A stretch of DNA of 64,000 bases, from positions 640,001-704,000 of the forward strand of contig CAVZQN010000004.1 in NCBI GenBank assembly GCA_963777505.1, written 5' to 3'. Under the pieces are notes generated by a model that was given only the letters and a program-made list of their open reading frames with translations, searched no databases and was not told the DNA's origin. The stretch is from an uncultured bacterium (lineage in GTDB: Bacteria; Acidobacteriota; HRBIN11; JAKEFK01). Within the stretch, counting starts at the first letter, position 1. Every line of letters starts with the position of its first letter. Made by a program: the position numbers and the translations under genes. This document shows, one piece after another, positions 36,007 through 46,091 of this stretch.

Positions 36007-37497
36007 TTATTCAGGCTTCCACCGAAGAACGGGCTTACGTGCTGCTTCCGCTTCATCCAAACGTGAAATCTTTGTAGTGTGCGGAGCTGATCGAACAACT
36101 TCAGGTTGTGTTTCAGCTTCCTGTGCAATCATTTTCATTGCTGTGATGAAGGTGTCCAGGGTTTCCATGGACTCAGATTCTGTCGGTTCAATCATCATTG
36201 CACCCGGCACAATGAGTGGAAAATAAATTGTAGGTGGATGGAATCCATAATCCATCAGTCGTTTAGCGATATCCAGAGTTCTTACGTCGAATTTGTTTTG
36301 GATCTTATCCGAAAGTATGACTTCATGCATGACCGGACGACCATAAGGAAGATGGTACGTATCTTTTAACTGACTTTTGATGTAATTCGCGTTCAAGACC
36401 GAATGTTCGGCAACATTTCGAATGTGATCGCTGCCATAGGCAAGTAAATATGTATAAGCACGGGCCAGTATTTTGAAGTTGCCGTAAAACGAATGAACTT
36501 TGCCTATTGAATCCGGGAAATCGTTGCTCAATTCAAATTTGCCTTCTTTCTTTTGAACGATCCGTGGAACCGGAAGGAAAGGTTCCAGGACCGATTTCAC
36601 AAGGACTGGACCTGCGCCCGGACCGCCGCCACCATGCGGAGTGCTGAAAGTCTTGTGCAAATTCAGATGCATGACATCAATTCCGAAATCTCCTGGACGC
36701 GCAACACCTACAATTGCATTCATATTAGCGCCGTCAAGATATACAAGTCCGCCTTTCGCATGAAGGATCTCTGCAATGGCACCTATATCTTCTTCAAATA
36801 ATCCAAGTGTGTTTGGATTTGTAAGCATCAAAGCTGCGACATCATCATTCATCGCATTTTGTAGTGACTGAGTATCCAGACAACCTTCTTCGTTTGATAA
36901 GATTTCAACAACTTGATACCCGCACAGTGCAGCACTCGCAGGATTTGTGCCATGAGCTGAGGAGGGAATCAGAATCTTTTTGCGCGGATTGTTATCGCGC
37001 TTTAGCAAACAAGCGCGCACAAGCATCATGCCTGTGAGCTCGCCTTGCGCTCCTGCAGCAGGCTGCAAAGAAATTGCATCCATTCCGAATAATTCACAAA
37101 GATAGCGGCTCAAATTATCTAATAATTCCAAATTTCCCTGCGCTGTGGAGTGCGGTTGCTCAGGATGCGTTGCACTGAATCCGGGAAAGCCCGCTATACG
37201 CTCATTAATTTTCGGATTGTATTTCATCGTACAGGAGCCGAGCGGATAAAATGCTGTATCGATGCTGTGATTCCACTGTGAAATCTTTGTGAAGTGCCGG
37301 ATCACTTCCAGTTCACTGACTTCAGGCAATCCAGCAATTTTGTCGCGAAGAAGATCTGACGGAATTAATTGTTCAGCTGCCGTTTCAGGAATCTCTAAAG
37401 GTGGCAGAGAAAAACCGGAACGATCTTTCCGTTTTTCAAAGATCAGATTTTCATTTAGATATCCGTTTTCTTTGAATGGAGTCTTTATGTTGCTCAC
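36007..37497 (-). CDS. gcvPB: Glycine dehydrogenase subunit 2
   Basis: PLGSCTMKYNP, AHGTNPASA, NLHKTF, PHGGGGPG. Confidence 0.97.
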   Translation of the reverse strand: MSNIKTPFKENGYLNENLIFEKRKDRSGFSLPPLEIPETAAEQLIPSDLLRDKIAGLPEVSELEVIRHFTKISQWNHSIDTAFYPLGSCTMKYNPKINERIAGFPGFSATHPEQPHSTAQGNLELLDNLSRYLCELFGMDAISLQPAAGAQGELTGMMLVRACLLKRDNNPRKKILIPSSAHGTNPASAALCGYQVVEILSNEEGCLDTQSLQNAMNDDVAALMLTNPNTLGLFEEDIGAIAEILHAKGGLVYLDGANMNAIVGVARPGDFGIDVMHLNLHKTFSTPHGGGGPGAGPVLVKSVLEPFLPVPRIVQKKEGKFELSNDFPDSIGKVHSFYGNFKILARAYTYLLAYGSDHIRNVAEHSVLNANYIKSQLKDTYHLPYGRPVMHEVILSDKIQNKFDVRTLDIAKRLMDYGFHPPTIYFPLIVPGAMMIEPTESESMETLDTFITAMKMIAQEAETQPEVVRSAPHTTKISRLDEAEAARKPVLRWKPE

Positions 37498-38837
37498 TGT
37501 GCAGCCTCCAGTTCTGACGCAAACAGATCGATATCTTTCTTGCGATTCATTTCAGTTGCGCAAACGAGCAACGAATTTTTCAACTCAGGATAATATCGTC
37601 CCAATGGAATTCCTGCGAAAATGTTCTTTTCCGAAAGTGTTTGCACAATCTTTTCGGCATCCCCTTTCAACTCAAGGACAAATTCATTGAAATGTGGACC
37701 GCTAAATTTGACTTTCGAAGTTTTGCTTAATATTTCTCTCGCGTAATTTGCCATTTGCAAGTTTCGAACCGCGAGATTTCGAAACCCTTCGCCTCCAATG
37801 AACGACATATAAACAGTGACTGCCAGGGCGCATAGACCTTGATTTGTACAGATGTTTGATGTCGCTTTTTCACGGCGGATATGTTGCTCACGTGCTGCGA
37901 GAGTTAAAACAAAACCTCGACGTCCTTGAACGTCGCGCGCCATTCCTACGAGGCGTCCAGGCAGATTGCGCATATACGTTTGTTTCGCGGAAAGGAAGCC
38001 GGCGTAAGGGCCGCCATACCCAGGATGAAGACCGAGTGATTGGCATTCACCTGCAGCAAGATCCGCACCGCATTCACCCGGCGATTTCAGGATGCCAAGC
38101 GATAGCGCTTCCGCAACAACCGAAATTGCCAGAGCCCCTTTCGATTTCGCTTCAGCGAAAAGCTTTTCCTGCTGCTCAACAATGCCGAAATAATTGGGAG
38201 ACTGTAATACTATACAAATAGTATTATCATCTAATGCCGCTTTGAACGCATCCGAATCCGTTCTGCCGGTTGCATCGTACGGAAGTTCCACGATTTCAAC
38301 CGGTAAATTTGCCGTGTAAGTTCGAATCACGCGCCTGTAATTTGGATGAACTGCGGAAGAGACAAGCACCTTATTGCGGTCAGGTTTTATACGCCGAGCC
38401 ATCAAAACGGTTTCCGCAGCAGACGACGCACCGTCGTACATCGATGCATTAGAAATATCGAGGCCTGTAATCTGGCAAACAAAAGTTTGGAATTCAAAAA
38501 TAGCTTGAAGCGTCCCCTGACTGATTTCAGGTTGATATGGCGTATAGCTTGTTAGAAACTCGCCGCGACTGATCAGCGCATCCACAAGCGCAGGAACGTA
38601 GTGATTATAGGATCCTCCGCCAAGAAACGATTTCGATTCACTCATATTCTTATTGCGTGAAGAAAGATCCCAAAGATGTTGATGTAATTCTTGTTCGGAA
38701 AGCGCTTTAGGAAATGAAAAATCTCCATGGAACTGAAATTCTGACGGAATCGAAGTGAATAAGTCTTCAAGAGAGGAAATGCCGATGTCGGCTAACATTT
38801 TGCGGACATCTTCCTGGGAGGATGGAATGTAACGCAC
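37494..38837 (-). CDS. gcvPA: Glycine dehydrogenase subunit 1
   Basis: YTPYQPEISQG, NASMYDG, REQHIRREKATSNICTN. Confidence 0.97.
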   Translation of the reverse strand: MRYIPSSQEDVRKMLADIGISSLEDLFTSIPSEFQFHGDFSFPKALSEQELHQHLWDLSSRNKNMSESKSFLGGGSYNHYVPALVDALISRGEFLTSYTPYQPEISQGTLQAIFEFQTFVCQITGLDISNASMYDGASSAAETVLMARRIKPDRNKVLVSSAVHPNYRRVIRTYTANLPVEIVELPYDATGRTDSDAFKAALDDNTICIVLQSPNYFGIVEQQEKLFAEAKSKGALAISVVAEALSLGILKSPGECGADLAAGECQSLGLHPGYGGPYAGFLSAKQTYMRNLPGRLVGMARDVQGRRGFVLTLAAREQHIRREKATSNICTNQGLCALAVTVYMSFIGGEGFRNLAVRNLQMANYAREILSKTSKVKFSGPHFNEFVLELKGDAEKIVQTLSEKNIFAGIPLGRYYPELKNSLLVCATEMNRKKDIDLFASELEAAQ

Positions 38838-39224
38838 TCAGTGTTTCTCCTGTGAAATTAATTCTTCGTATTCGTGGGCATTCAATAAGGAATCCAGATC
38901 TGAATCATTCGAAAGTTTTACCTTGATTAACCAGCCTTTACCGTGTGGATCTTGATTAATCAATTCCGGCTGATCGGAAACAGTCGAATTGACGGCTACA
39001 ATTTCCATATTTGCGGGCGCATAAATTTCAGAGACCGCTTTTACCGACTCAATCGAGCCGAAGGCTTCACCTAATGCGAACTTTTTACCGGCTGCGGGAA
39101 GTTCAACATAAACAATGTCCCCTAATTCTTTTTGAGCATAATTTGTGATTCCAACAGTAATTTCTGAATCTTCCTTTTTTATCCACTCATGTTCTTTTGT
39201 ATAACGATATTCTTCTGGGTACAT
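38838..39224 (-). CDS. gcvH: Glycine cleavage H protein (start MYPEE likely)
   Basis: YTKEHEW, lipoyl site ESVKA. Confidence 0.96.
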   Translation of the reverse strand: MYPEEYRYTKEHEWIKKEDSEITVGITNYAQKELGDIVYVELPAAGKKFALGEAFGSIESVKAVSEIYAPANMEIVAVNSTVSDQPELINQDPHGKGWLIKVKLSNDSDLDSLLNAHEYEELISQEKH

Positions 39225-39349
39225 GATCTCTTGCTCCGTTGTCATGGTGCCGGGAAGGCGTTCATTTTGTATGCTACACCGGCACGGTTGTCAGAACATT
39301 TTTTCGGGGGATTTTCAAATCAGATTCGCGAATTGCCGCATCTTCCAGG

Positions 39350-40444
39350 TCATCGAGGACGTTTATAAAATGGTGTTGGGACAACGCGGGCTGCTAATCT
39401 TTTGCCCCTGACATCAATTTCAAATTCCTGGCCGATATCGGAGTTTTGTTCCGGTAAATAAATCAAACCGATTGCTTTCTTTAAATAGGGAGCGAATGTA
39501 CCGCTTGTAACGATCCCTGATTTAATTCCCTGAATATACGCTTCATGTCCATGACGCGCAATTCCGCGATCTGTCACTTCAAACCCCACAAGCTTTCTAT
39601 CAATTCCTTCTTCTTTTTGCTTTATTAAAGCCGATCTGCCGATAAAATCACCTTTTTCCCATTTCACAATCCATTCCAGATCGGCTTCAAGTAAAGTTGT
39701 TGTTTGATCAATATCATTGCCATATAAAACCATCTTTGCTTCAAGACGTAACGTATCTCTTGCTGCAAGACCCGCAAGTTTCAGTTGTCCATTCCCAACT
39801 TCAAAAAAGCGGTTCCAGAGTTGAGACGCTTTTGATGGCGCACAAAATACTTCAAAACCATCTTCCCCTGTGTAACCTGTACGGGCTACGATCACCGGAA
39901 CACCTTCCATGTCGATTTTGCGGAACCAGTAATATTTCACTGAACTCAAATCAAAGGCTGTGGTTTTTTGAACGATTGAAACTGCTTTTGGCCCTTGTAC
40001 TGCAATTTGAGCATATTGATCGGAGGTATTTTCAACTGATACATTTCCTCGTGCATGACTCCGAATGTAATCAAAGTCTTTATCGGTATTGGAAGCGTTT
40101 ACGCAAAGAAAAAAGTGATCATCCGCAAAACGATAAACAAGAACATCATCAACAAAAGTGCCTTCGGGATAGATAAGCGCACTATAGTGGGCCTGATTGA
40201 TCGCGAGCCGTGCTGCGTTGTTGGTTGTGACTTTTTGAACGACAGCCAGAGCATCCTTTCCCTGGATTTCAATTTCACCCATGTGTGAAACATCGAAAAT
40301 ACCGGCAGAGTTCCGTACCGCTTGATGTTCGCTAACGACACCTTCATATTCAATTGGCATTTGCCAGCCCGCAAATGGAACCATCTTGGCTCCAGCAGCA
40401 ACATGAACAGAGTGTAGTGGCGTTTGCTTTAGTATTTCAGTCAT
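39350..40444 (-). CDS. gcvT: Aminomethyltransferase GcvT
   Basis: FDVSHMG, RTGYTGEDGFE, ARDTLRLEA. Confidence 0.97.
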   Translation of the reverse strand: MTEILKQTPLHSVHVAAGAKMVPFAGWQMPIEYEGVVSEHQAVRNSAGIFDVSHMGEIEIQGKDALAVVQKVTTNNAARLAINQAHYSALIYPEGTFVDDVLVYRFADDHFFLCVNASNTDKDFDYIRSHARGNVSVENTSDQYAQIAVQGPKAVSIVQKTTAFDLSSVKYYWFRKIDMEGVPVIVARTGYTGEDGFEVFCAPSKASQLWNRFFEVGNGQLKLAGLAARDTLRLEAKMVLYGNDIDQTTTLLEADLEWIVKWEKGDFIGRSALIKQKEEGIDRKLVGFEVTDRGIARHGHEAYIQGIKSGIVTSGTFAPYLKKAIGLIYLPEQNSDIGQEFEIDVRGKRLAARVVPTPFYKRPR

Positions 40445-40470
40445 GAAAATGACGGTATCATATTTTACTT

Positions 40471-41655
40471 TTACCGCAAAGACTCAGTGTATTGTCTAAG
40501 TAGTTGGGCGATGACTACTTGTGGATTGAAGCGTGATTCGTAGAGTTCGCGGGCACTTTCTCCCAGTGATTTTCTTAAAGCCGAGTCTGCTGTTAAACGT
40601 GCAATCGATGCTGCATATTCCTCAATAGAATTCGCCATTAGACCAGAAACTTCGTTTTTGACGATGTCATGATGTCCGCCTGGATGGCTGAATGTTATCG
40701 CTGCTTTTCTAAGCATGGCAGCTTCGATGAGTACTCTTCCCAAAGGCTCAGGCCATATTGAAGAGAATAGAACGAATTCAGACTTCTTTAGCACATGAAG
40801 CATTTCGGGATACTGTAAATATCCTGTAAAATGCGCGCGAATTGATCTGTCATGAAATCCTTTTTCCAATTCATCACGCAAACTACCTTCTCCTACAAGC
40901 ACGATAGGTAATTGAACTTTACTGTTTTCCATAATCTCAGGAAGCAAGTGCGCGCCTTTGTTCTTTTCAAAGCGTCCGACATACACAATGAATTTTTCTG
41001 GAGTACTCACATTTTCATTCGTAGCAATTTCTTCCGAGAAGTTCGGTAAGACCGAAAGTTGATTCTCGTTGAAAACAGGTAGGAGTTGGGCTTTTAGATA
41101 GTTGCTGATGCAAAATATTTTTTCAGCTTTTCGCATGACTCCGTTCCATCGATTCAATCGCGCATCAAACCAGTGGTAAATAAGAGGTGCAGCAATTCCT
41201 TTCCATGTTTGTTCCTCACCGGAACAACGCGCGAAATCGTTCATCGTACAGGTTGTCCCTGTACGGTAAATCGATCGGGAGCAAAAGCAGATTGGCCAGT
41301 AATCGCGAATCGTTGTAAAAAATGTTGAAGGCTCCGACATTGCTAGCGCAATCGAGCTGAATCGATGATGTGCATGCAAAATATCAAAATCAGGTGATAA
41401 CTGTTTTAGGCGTGCCGTGATTTTCGGAAGATCCTGATTTTCACGAATAAAGTTTGTTAAGAATGGAAGCTTATTGCGCGAAAGTGGAATGCTTTCAATC
41501 TTGAATCCATCATATTCCCGCGAGGGACTATCCAGCGATACAATTCTTAAATCGAATCCTTGATTGCGAAGTTCACGCGCAAAAAAATAGACACTCCAGC
41601 CGCTTCCGCCACAATGAGGCGGGAAGACATCGGTAACATAAAGAATCTTTTTCAT
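40471..41655 (-). CDS. GT4 glycosyltransferase
   Basis: VGRFEKNKG, SIWPEPLGRVLIEA. Confidence 0.9.
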   Translation of the reverse strand: MKKILYVTDVFPPHCGGSGWSVYFFARELRNQGFDLRIVSLDSPSREYDGFKIESIPLSRNKLPFLTNFIRENQDLPKITARLKQLSPDFDILHAHHRFSSIALAMSEPSTFFTTIRDYWPICFCSRSIYRTGTTCTMNDFARCSGEEQTWKGIAAPLIYHWFDARLNRWNGVMRKAEKIFCISNYLKAQLLPVFNENQLSVLPNFSEEIATNENVSTPEKFIVYVGRFEKNKGAHLLPEIMENSKVQLPIVLVGEGSLRDELEKGFHDRSIRAHFTGYLQYPEMLHVLKKSEFVLFSSIWPEPLGRVLIEAAMLRKAAITFSHPGGHHDIVKNEVSGLMANSIEEYAASIARLTADSALRKSLGESARELYESRFNPQVVIAQLLRQYTESLR

Positions 41656-42788
41656 CGTTTCGCGGTGATTTCTAACAGATGTTGATTCAATTTTTTTCCA
41701 TGGACTTCCCAGCTGTACTTCTTGAGGATGATGTCCCGGAAATGCTTTGCTTTCTCTTTGATTGCAGGAAGTTTTTCTGAAACGGCTGAAAGTTTCGCTG
41801 AAAGATTTTCCATTGAACCATCATAGAAAAAATCAGGATCATTTGTTTCCAAAAGTGAAAGCAAACGGTCCTGGTTCAGCGTTAGAATCGGAAGCTGCAT
41901 GGCCATTGCTTCGAATAACTTCAACGGCGACCAGTAGAAGCCTAGTTCAAGGTAACGGTGCTGTGTTACATCAAATGGAAAAACTCCAACATCACTTGCT
42001 TTAAGCCACTCTGGTATTTTTTTATGAGGAACAATACCTGTAAATTGCACACCAACTCTTTGTGGTGCATTTGATATAGGTCCAATCACAATCAAACGTG
42101 CCGGCTTTTTGATCCGATTGCGCGCTGAGTCAAAGGCTTCGAGGAGTTTTGTTAGCCCATGCCATTTTCTAAGACTGCCGAAGTGAATGAATACAATTTC
42201 ATCCTTGTTTAATCCCAACTGTGACCGCAGTTCGGAACGATCGGGAAGTGAAGCAGGATCAAATAAGTTTGTGTCCGCGCCCCATTCAATCTCCCGAATT
42301 TTTTCTTTGAATTCCCCAGGTACAATTTCACTCATGGGAGAAAGGATCAATGAGGCTGCTTTTGCTATGCGGTTACGCCGTTTGCGAAGCATTCCTCCCA
42401 AGAAAAAATCAACCTTGGATTTCAAAGAACCTGGATATTCAATCATTGGTGAATTGACTTCCAGGATCGATGGAATTCCTGATGTCTTTGCGCGCAAAAT
42501 TGTTTCGCCTGCGAAATTGTAATAACGTTCAATGACTACATCAGGCCGTATTTCTTCAAGCAGTGCTTGTATTTGTTTGCCGGTTTTCCAAAGTAAATAG
42601 CGGCTTATCTGTGGGATGGTGTGAACAATGCAACCGGTTGGAAGAGAGGGCGTCGCAACGCTTTTCTGGATTATCAGATGGACTTCATGACCCTGTCGCA
42701 GCATCTCTGATGTCACTGCACAAACATGGATTGTTCCACCGTGAAATGAAGCTAAATCCTGATCGGTTGCGGCATAGATGATCTTCAT
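41652..42788 (-). CDS. GT4 glycosyltransferase
   Basis: GSLRKWHG, SPLKLFEAMA. Confidence 0.9.
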   Translation of the reverse strand: MKIIYAATDQDLASFHGGTIHVCAVTSEMLRQGHEVHLIIQKSVATPSLPTGCIVHTIPQISRYLLWKTGKQIQALLEEIRPDVVIERYYNFAGETILRAKTSGIPSILEVNSPMIEYPGSLKSKVDFFLGGMLRKRRNRIAKAASLILSPMSEIVPGEFKEKIREIEWGADTNLFDPASLPDRSELRSQLGLNKDEIVFIHFGSLRKWHGLTKLLEAFDSARNRIKKPARLIVIGPISNAPQRVGVQFTGIVPHKKIPEWLKASDVGVFPFDVTQHRYLELGFYWSPLKLFEAMAMQLPILTLNQDRLLSLLETNDPDFFYDGSMENLSAKLSAVSEKLPAIKEKAKHFRDIILKKYSWEVHGKKLNQHLLEITAKR

Positions 42789-43975
42789 TGAGACGATTTC
42801 GTTTCAGATTTTATCGTTCGAAGAAACTCACCGAGTTTGATCCCGCGATGTTCCCAGCTAAATCGTTTTACAAACTTAAATGCATTTGTGATCAACTTTT
42901 GCCGATATTGATCATTTGAAAGAACGGAGTTGATTCCTTCCGCAAGTGCTTCAGGATTTCCAGGCTCTACAAGATGTCCGGTTTCGCCATGCTGAATAAT
43001 TTCCTTAATCGTTAGTAGATCAGAAGACACAACAGCAAGACCATTTGCCATGTAATCAAAAAGTTTTAACGGAGAGTTACAACGATTCGCGATGACGTTT
43101 TTTGGTAAAGGCAAGACTCCGACTTCGCATTCCTGAATTGAATGCCGGATTTTTCCAGGCACAACAAATCCTCGAAACTCAATTTTATCTTCGAGCGAAT
43201 GTTCCTTGATAACTTTGTTCATCAGCGCGATATCATCATTTACAGTCGAGTATTCTCCTCCATACAATCGCAAAATCGCTCCATTCACCCATCTCAACGA
43301 CTCAATTAAAGTAGACATACCTTTCCACCAATAAAATTGGCCACTATAACAAATCGTACCCGCACTTTTGTTTTCCGGAAGAGTTGGTGAAACATAGGTT
43401 CCATCATGCACAATTGTATTGGGACGGCTCAATGGAAAATTTTCTTGAACAAGATCCTTCAGTGATGAACTGATAAAAACTATCCCATCTGCGCGTGAAA
43501 AAACTCGCTCTTCGCGTTTGTGAATCCGTTCCTCTTTACTTTTGCTCCATGCAACGGGCATGTAGGTTTCTTTTGCTGTAATGAAGAATAGAGTATGGGC
43601 CTCATAGACAACTTTGAATCGAAACAGACGCCGTAGTTTTATCAAAATTTCCGCGAACAAAGGATCCCTTGTGAAAATGATTTTTTCACGTGTTTTGAAC
43701 CGGGTAAGGATTTGAATCGTTCTTTTGAGCACTAAAGATTCATGCGTTTTTGATCCTGCGAAGAAAACCGGAGCGGGAACAAAATGAAAATGTAATGACT
43801 GTGCCGGCGTAATTCCGTAATACTCAAAGATGGTTGAAGGATCTGACGTGCCGGATTTTGCAATTAAGTGAACCTCATTGCCGGCTGCAGCAAGCGCATT
43901 GGCTGTCTGCAGAATCTGAATAGTATTCGCGCGAGTGGACGGAAATGCTGTGTTAACTGGATAAATGATTACCAA
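42785..43975 (-). CDS. GT4 glycosyltransferase
   Basis: SGQFYWWKG, SPLKLFDYMA. Confidence 0.9.
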   Translation of the reverse strand: MVIIYPVNTAFPSTRANTIQILQTANALAAAGNEVHLIAKSGTSDPSTIFEYYGITPAQSLHFHFVPAPVFFAGSKTHESLVLKRTIQILTRFKTREKIIFTRDPLFAEILIKLRRLFRFKVVYEAHTLFFITAKETYMPVAWSKSKEERIHKREERVFSRADGIVFISSSLKDLVQENFPLSRPNTIVHDGTYVSPTLPENKSAGTICYSGQFYWWKGMSTLIESLRWVNGAILRLYGGEYSTVNDDIALMNKVIKEHSLEDKIEFRGFVVPGKIRHSIQECEVGVLPLPKNVIANRCNSPLKLFDYMANGLAVVSSDLLTIKEIIQHGETGHLVEPGNPEALAEGINSVLSNDQYRQKLITNAFKFVKRFSWEHRGIKLGEFLRTIKSETKSSQ

Positions 43976-43982
43976 TGGATCG

Positions 43983-44714
43983 TTAGCTTCCTGGTGGTTT
44001 TAATCGCAAGCCTGCAAGATGGATCAGAATTTGAGTACCGTGTTTCCAGTAGGTCCATCCTTTTTTGTAGAATCCAAGATCGAAAAATAAAGCTCGAAAG
44101 TGAAACCAGAAATTGCCTGCAGTTTCAAAAGGTGAATAGGATCGTTTCTCCGGATCACGTTGTTGTTTCAAACGTGAATAGAGTTCTTCTTTTTCCGGAA
44201 CTCGATTGTAGTTCGGATAGTGTAAGAGATGTTCCGGACAAAACTTGCGACGCCCATCGACTTCAAGAGTCTCGTGTACCGGATTTCTCCATCGGCAAAA
44301 ATCTCGATGATAAAGCCTGTAATGAAAACCGGGATAAGAAACTATGTTAAATAGCATATTGCCGTCGCGTCCGAAAGTTTTTCGCGGAAAACAATACGCT
44401 TGATATCTGGGTGCCCTTTCTTGCTGGATCTCAACAATCCGTTGTTTTAATTCATCGCTCAGTAATTCATCCGCATCAATGTTGAGGATCCATGGATTTC
44501 TTGCAAGACTGGCCGCATAATTCTTTTGCTTTGAGAAATTCTCAAACGGATGATCAACGACAATGTCTGCAGTTTGACGCGCTACGTCGATTGTTTTATC
44601 GGTTGAGCCTGAATCGACAACAATAATTTCATCAACGATATCTCGAATATTTCGAAGACACTTTGGGAGACTCTGCTCTTCATTCTTTGTAATGATTGTC
44701 GCCGAAATTTTCAT
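43983..44714 (-). CDS. GT2 glycosyltransferase (beta-1,4-glucosyltransferase-like; start MKISAT)
   Basis: ITKNEE, VVDSGSTD, IDADE, VHE. Confidence 0.9.
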   Translation of the reverse strand: MKISATIITKNEEQSLPKCLRNIRDIVDEIIVVDSGSTDKTIDVARQTADIVVDHPFENFSKQKNYAASLARNPWILNIDADELLSDELKQRIVEIQQERAPRYQAYCFPRKTFGRDGNMLFNIVSYPGFHYRLYHRDFCRWRNPVHETLEVDGRRKFCPEHLLHYPNYNRVPEKEELYSRLKQQRDPEKRSYSPFETAGNFWFHFRALFFDLGFYKKGWTYWKHGTQILIHLAGLRLKPPGS

Positions 44715-44754
44715 CAAGTTTATTATAACTCTGCGTCTCTGTGGTCCGTTATTG

Positions 44755-44828
44755 GTAGGGGCGACCCTTGTGGTCGCCCATTTGCCCGTGAGTATAATTT
44801 TCTGGGCGGCCACAAGGGCCGCCCCTAC
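44755..44828. repeat. GTAG-family REP pair
   Basis: GTAGGGGCGACCCTTGTGGTCGCCC ... GGGCGGCCACAAGGGCCGCCCCTAC. Confidence 0.85.
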
Positions 44829-44858
44829 CAGCTTGTGGCTCGATATAATGTAATGCGT

Positions 44859-45998
44859 ATGAAGCCGCTCATTTCCGTTGTTGTTTGTACATACAACGAT
44901 GAATCAACGATCGCACGTGTGTTAGATGCGATCTCGCGATTAACATACAACCCCCTTGAGGTGATTGTTATTAATGATGCTTCCACAGATCGCACGGGTC
45001 AGATTGCCAAAAGTTTTAACGTCGCTTTAATCGATAATCCATCCAATATGGGTCTTGGTTTTAGCCAGAATCTGGGATTGAGTCTTGCGAAAGGGGAACA
45101 CCTGGCCCTGGTTCAAAGTGATTGTGAAATTCTGCAAGACGATTGGCTGGAAAGAATGCTTGAGTCGATGGTTGAGGATGTCGCTGTAGTCGTTTCCCAA
45201 CGCGAAATTAAAAACTTTGCTGAGCTTTCAGCAGGTGCGCGGTTTTTTAATGCAGTTGCCCCGCAGGATTTGGAAAATAAAGCAGGCCGGCCACTGGATC
45301 AAAATTATTGCCGGGGTAAAGCTGATCTTTACAGGACCTCAGTTCTACGCCAACTCGGAGGATGGAATCGTGCATTTTTTACAGCAGGTGAAGATACTGA
45401 TCTTTCCATCCGGCTTCGAAAATCTGGTTATCGAATTGTTCTCCATCCTTCAGCCAAAGTTCGGTATCTCTTTTCCAACCGTCAGACAACAATTGGTGGA
45501 GCGCTGAGGAAGGCGTTTTTGTATGGATCCGCGGCATATCCTCTCTACAAGCTTTATCGCTATGATGGCATTCAATCACGTACATACGCCCATGTTCTTG
45601 TGGCCGGAATCGTGATGCTTTTTCCTTTTCCGTGGATGAGTATTGCTGGTGGTGTTGCCGGAATTTTGCTGCTGGCCAATTCTTTCACATGTAAGATAGA
45701 TTCAGCCCGGCTTCCTACGTCGTTAGGAGTGCTCGCCTTGATTGCATGCGTCCCAATCGTTATGTTAAACTCGGCACACGGTTTACGAGGTGTAATGCAA
45801 GCGATTCCAGGAGGCATTCTCCTGGCTGGAGTTGCATATACAGGGTATCTGGCAGCAAAAAATACGTTCCGAAATTATCGTAAAGGCGAAAAAATTCACC
45901 GATTGCCGTCCACATTTTTGTTCTCTTATGTCTGGCGGCTCGCATCGGGCGTCGGATATCTAGCTGGAGCATTCAAAGGATTTACGAGGAAAAAATAG
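44859..45998 (+). CDS. GT2 glycosyltransferase with C-terminal TM helices
   Basis: SVVVCTYN, INDASTD, GEDTDL. Confidence 0.88.
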   Translation: MKPLISVVVCTYNDESTIARVLDAISRLTYNPLEVIVINDASTDRTGQIAKSFNVALIDNPSNMGLGFSQNLGLSLAKGEHLALVQSDCEILQDDWLERMLESMVEDVAVVVSQREIKNFAELSAGARFFNAVAPQDLENKAGRPLDQNYCRGKADLYRTSVLRQLGGWNRAFFTAGEDTDLSIRLRKSGYRIVLHPSAKVRYLFSNRQTTIGGALRKAFLYGSAAYPLYKLYRYDGIQSRTYAHVLVAGIVMLFPFPWMSIAGGVAGILLLANSFTCKIDSARLPTSLGVLALIACVPIVMLNSAHGLRGVMQAIPGGILLAGVAYTGYLAAKNTFRNYRKGEKIHRLPSTFLFSYVWRLASGVGYLAGAFKGFTRKK

Positions 45999-46010
45999 AT
46001 GACATTCCTT

Positions 46011-46073
46011 TTTAACGCCGAGGGCGCAGAGTAATATTCAAATAAATTAATTACTCGGCGTACTCGGCGTTGA
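46011..46073. repeat. REP-like inverted repeat, AACGCMGAG family
   Basis: TTTAACGCCGAGGGCGCAGAG, AT-rich spacer, CTCGGCGTACTCGGCGTTGA. Confidence 0.75.
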
Positions 46074-46091
46074 AAAGATCTAGTAAAAAAC

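Noticed and set aside
39246-40470. Glycine riboswitch near gcvT/gcvH
   Set aside because: Only about 26 bp lie upstream of gcvT, and no aptamer motifs were seen in the gcvT-gcvH gap.
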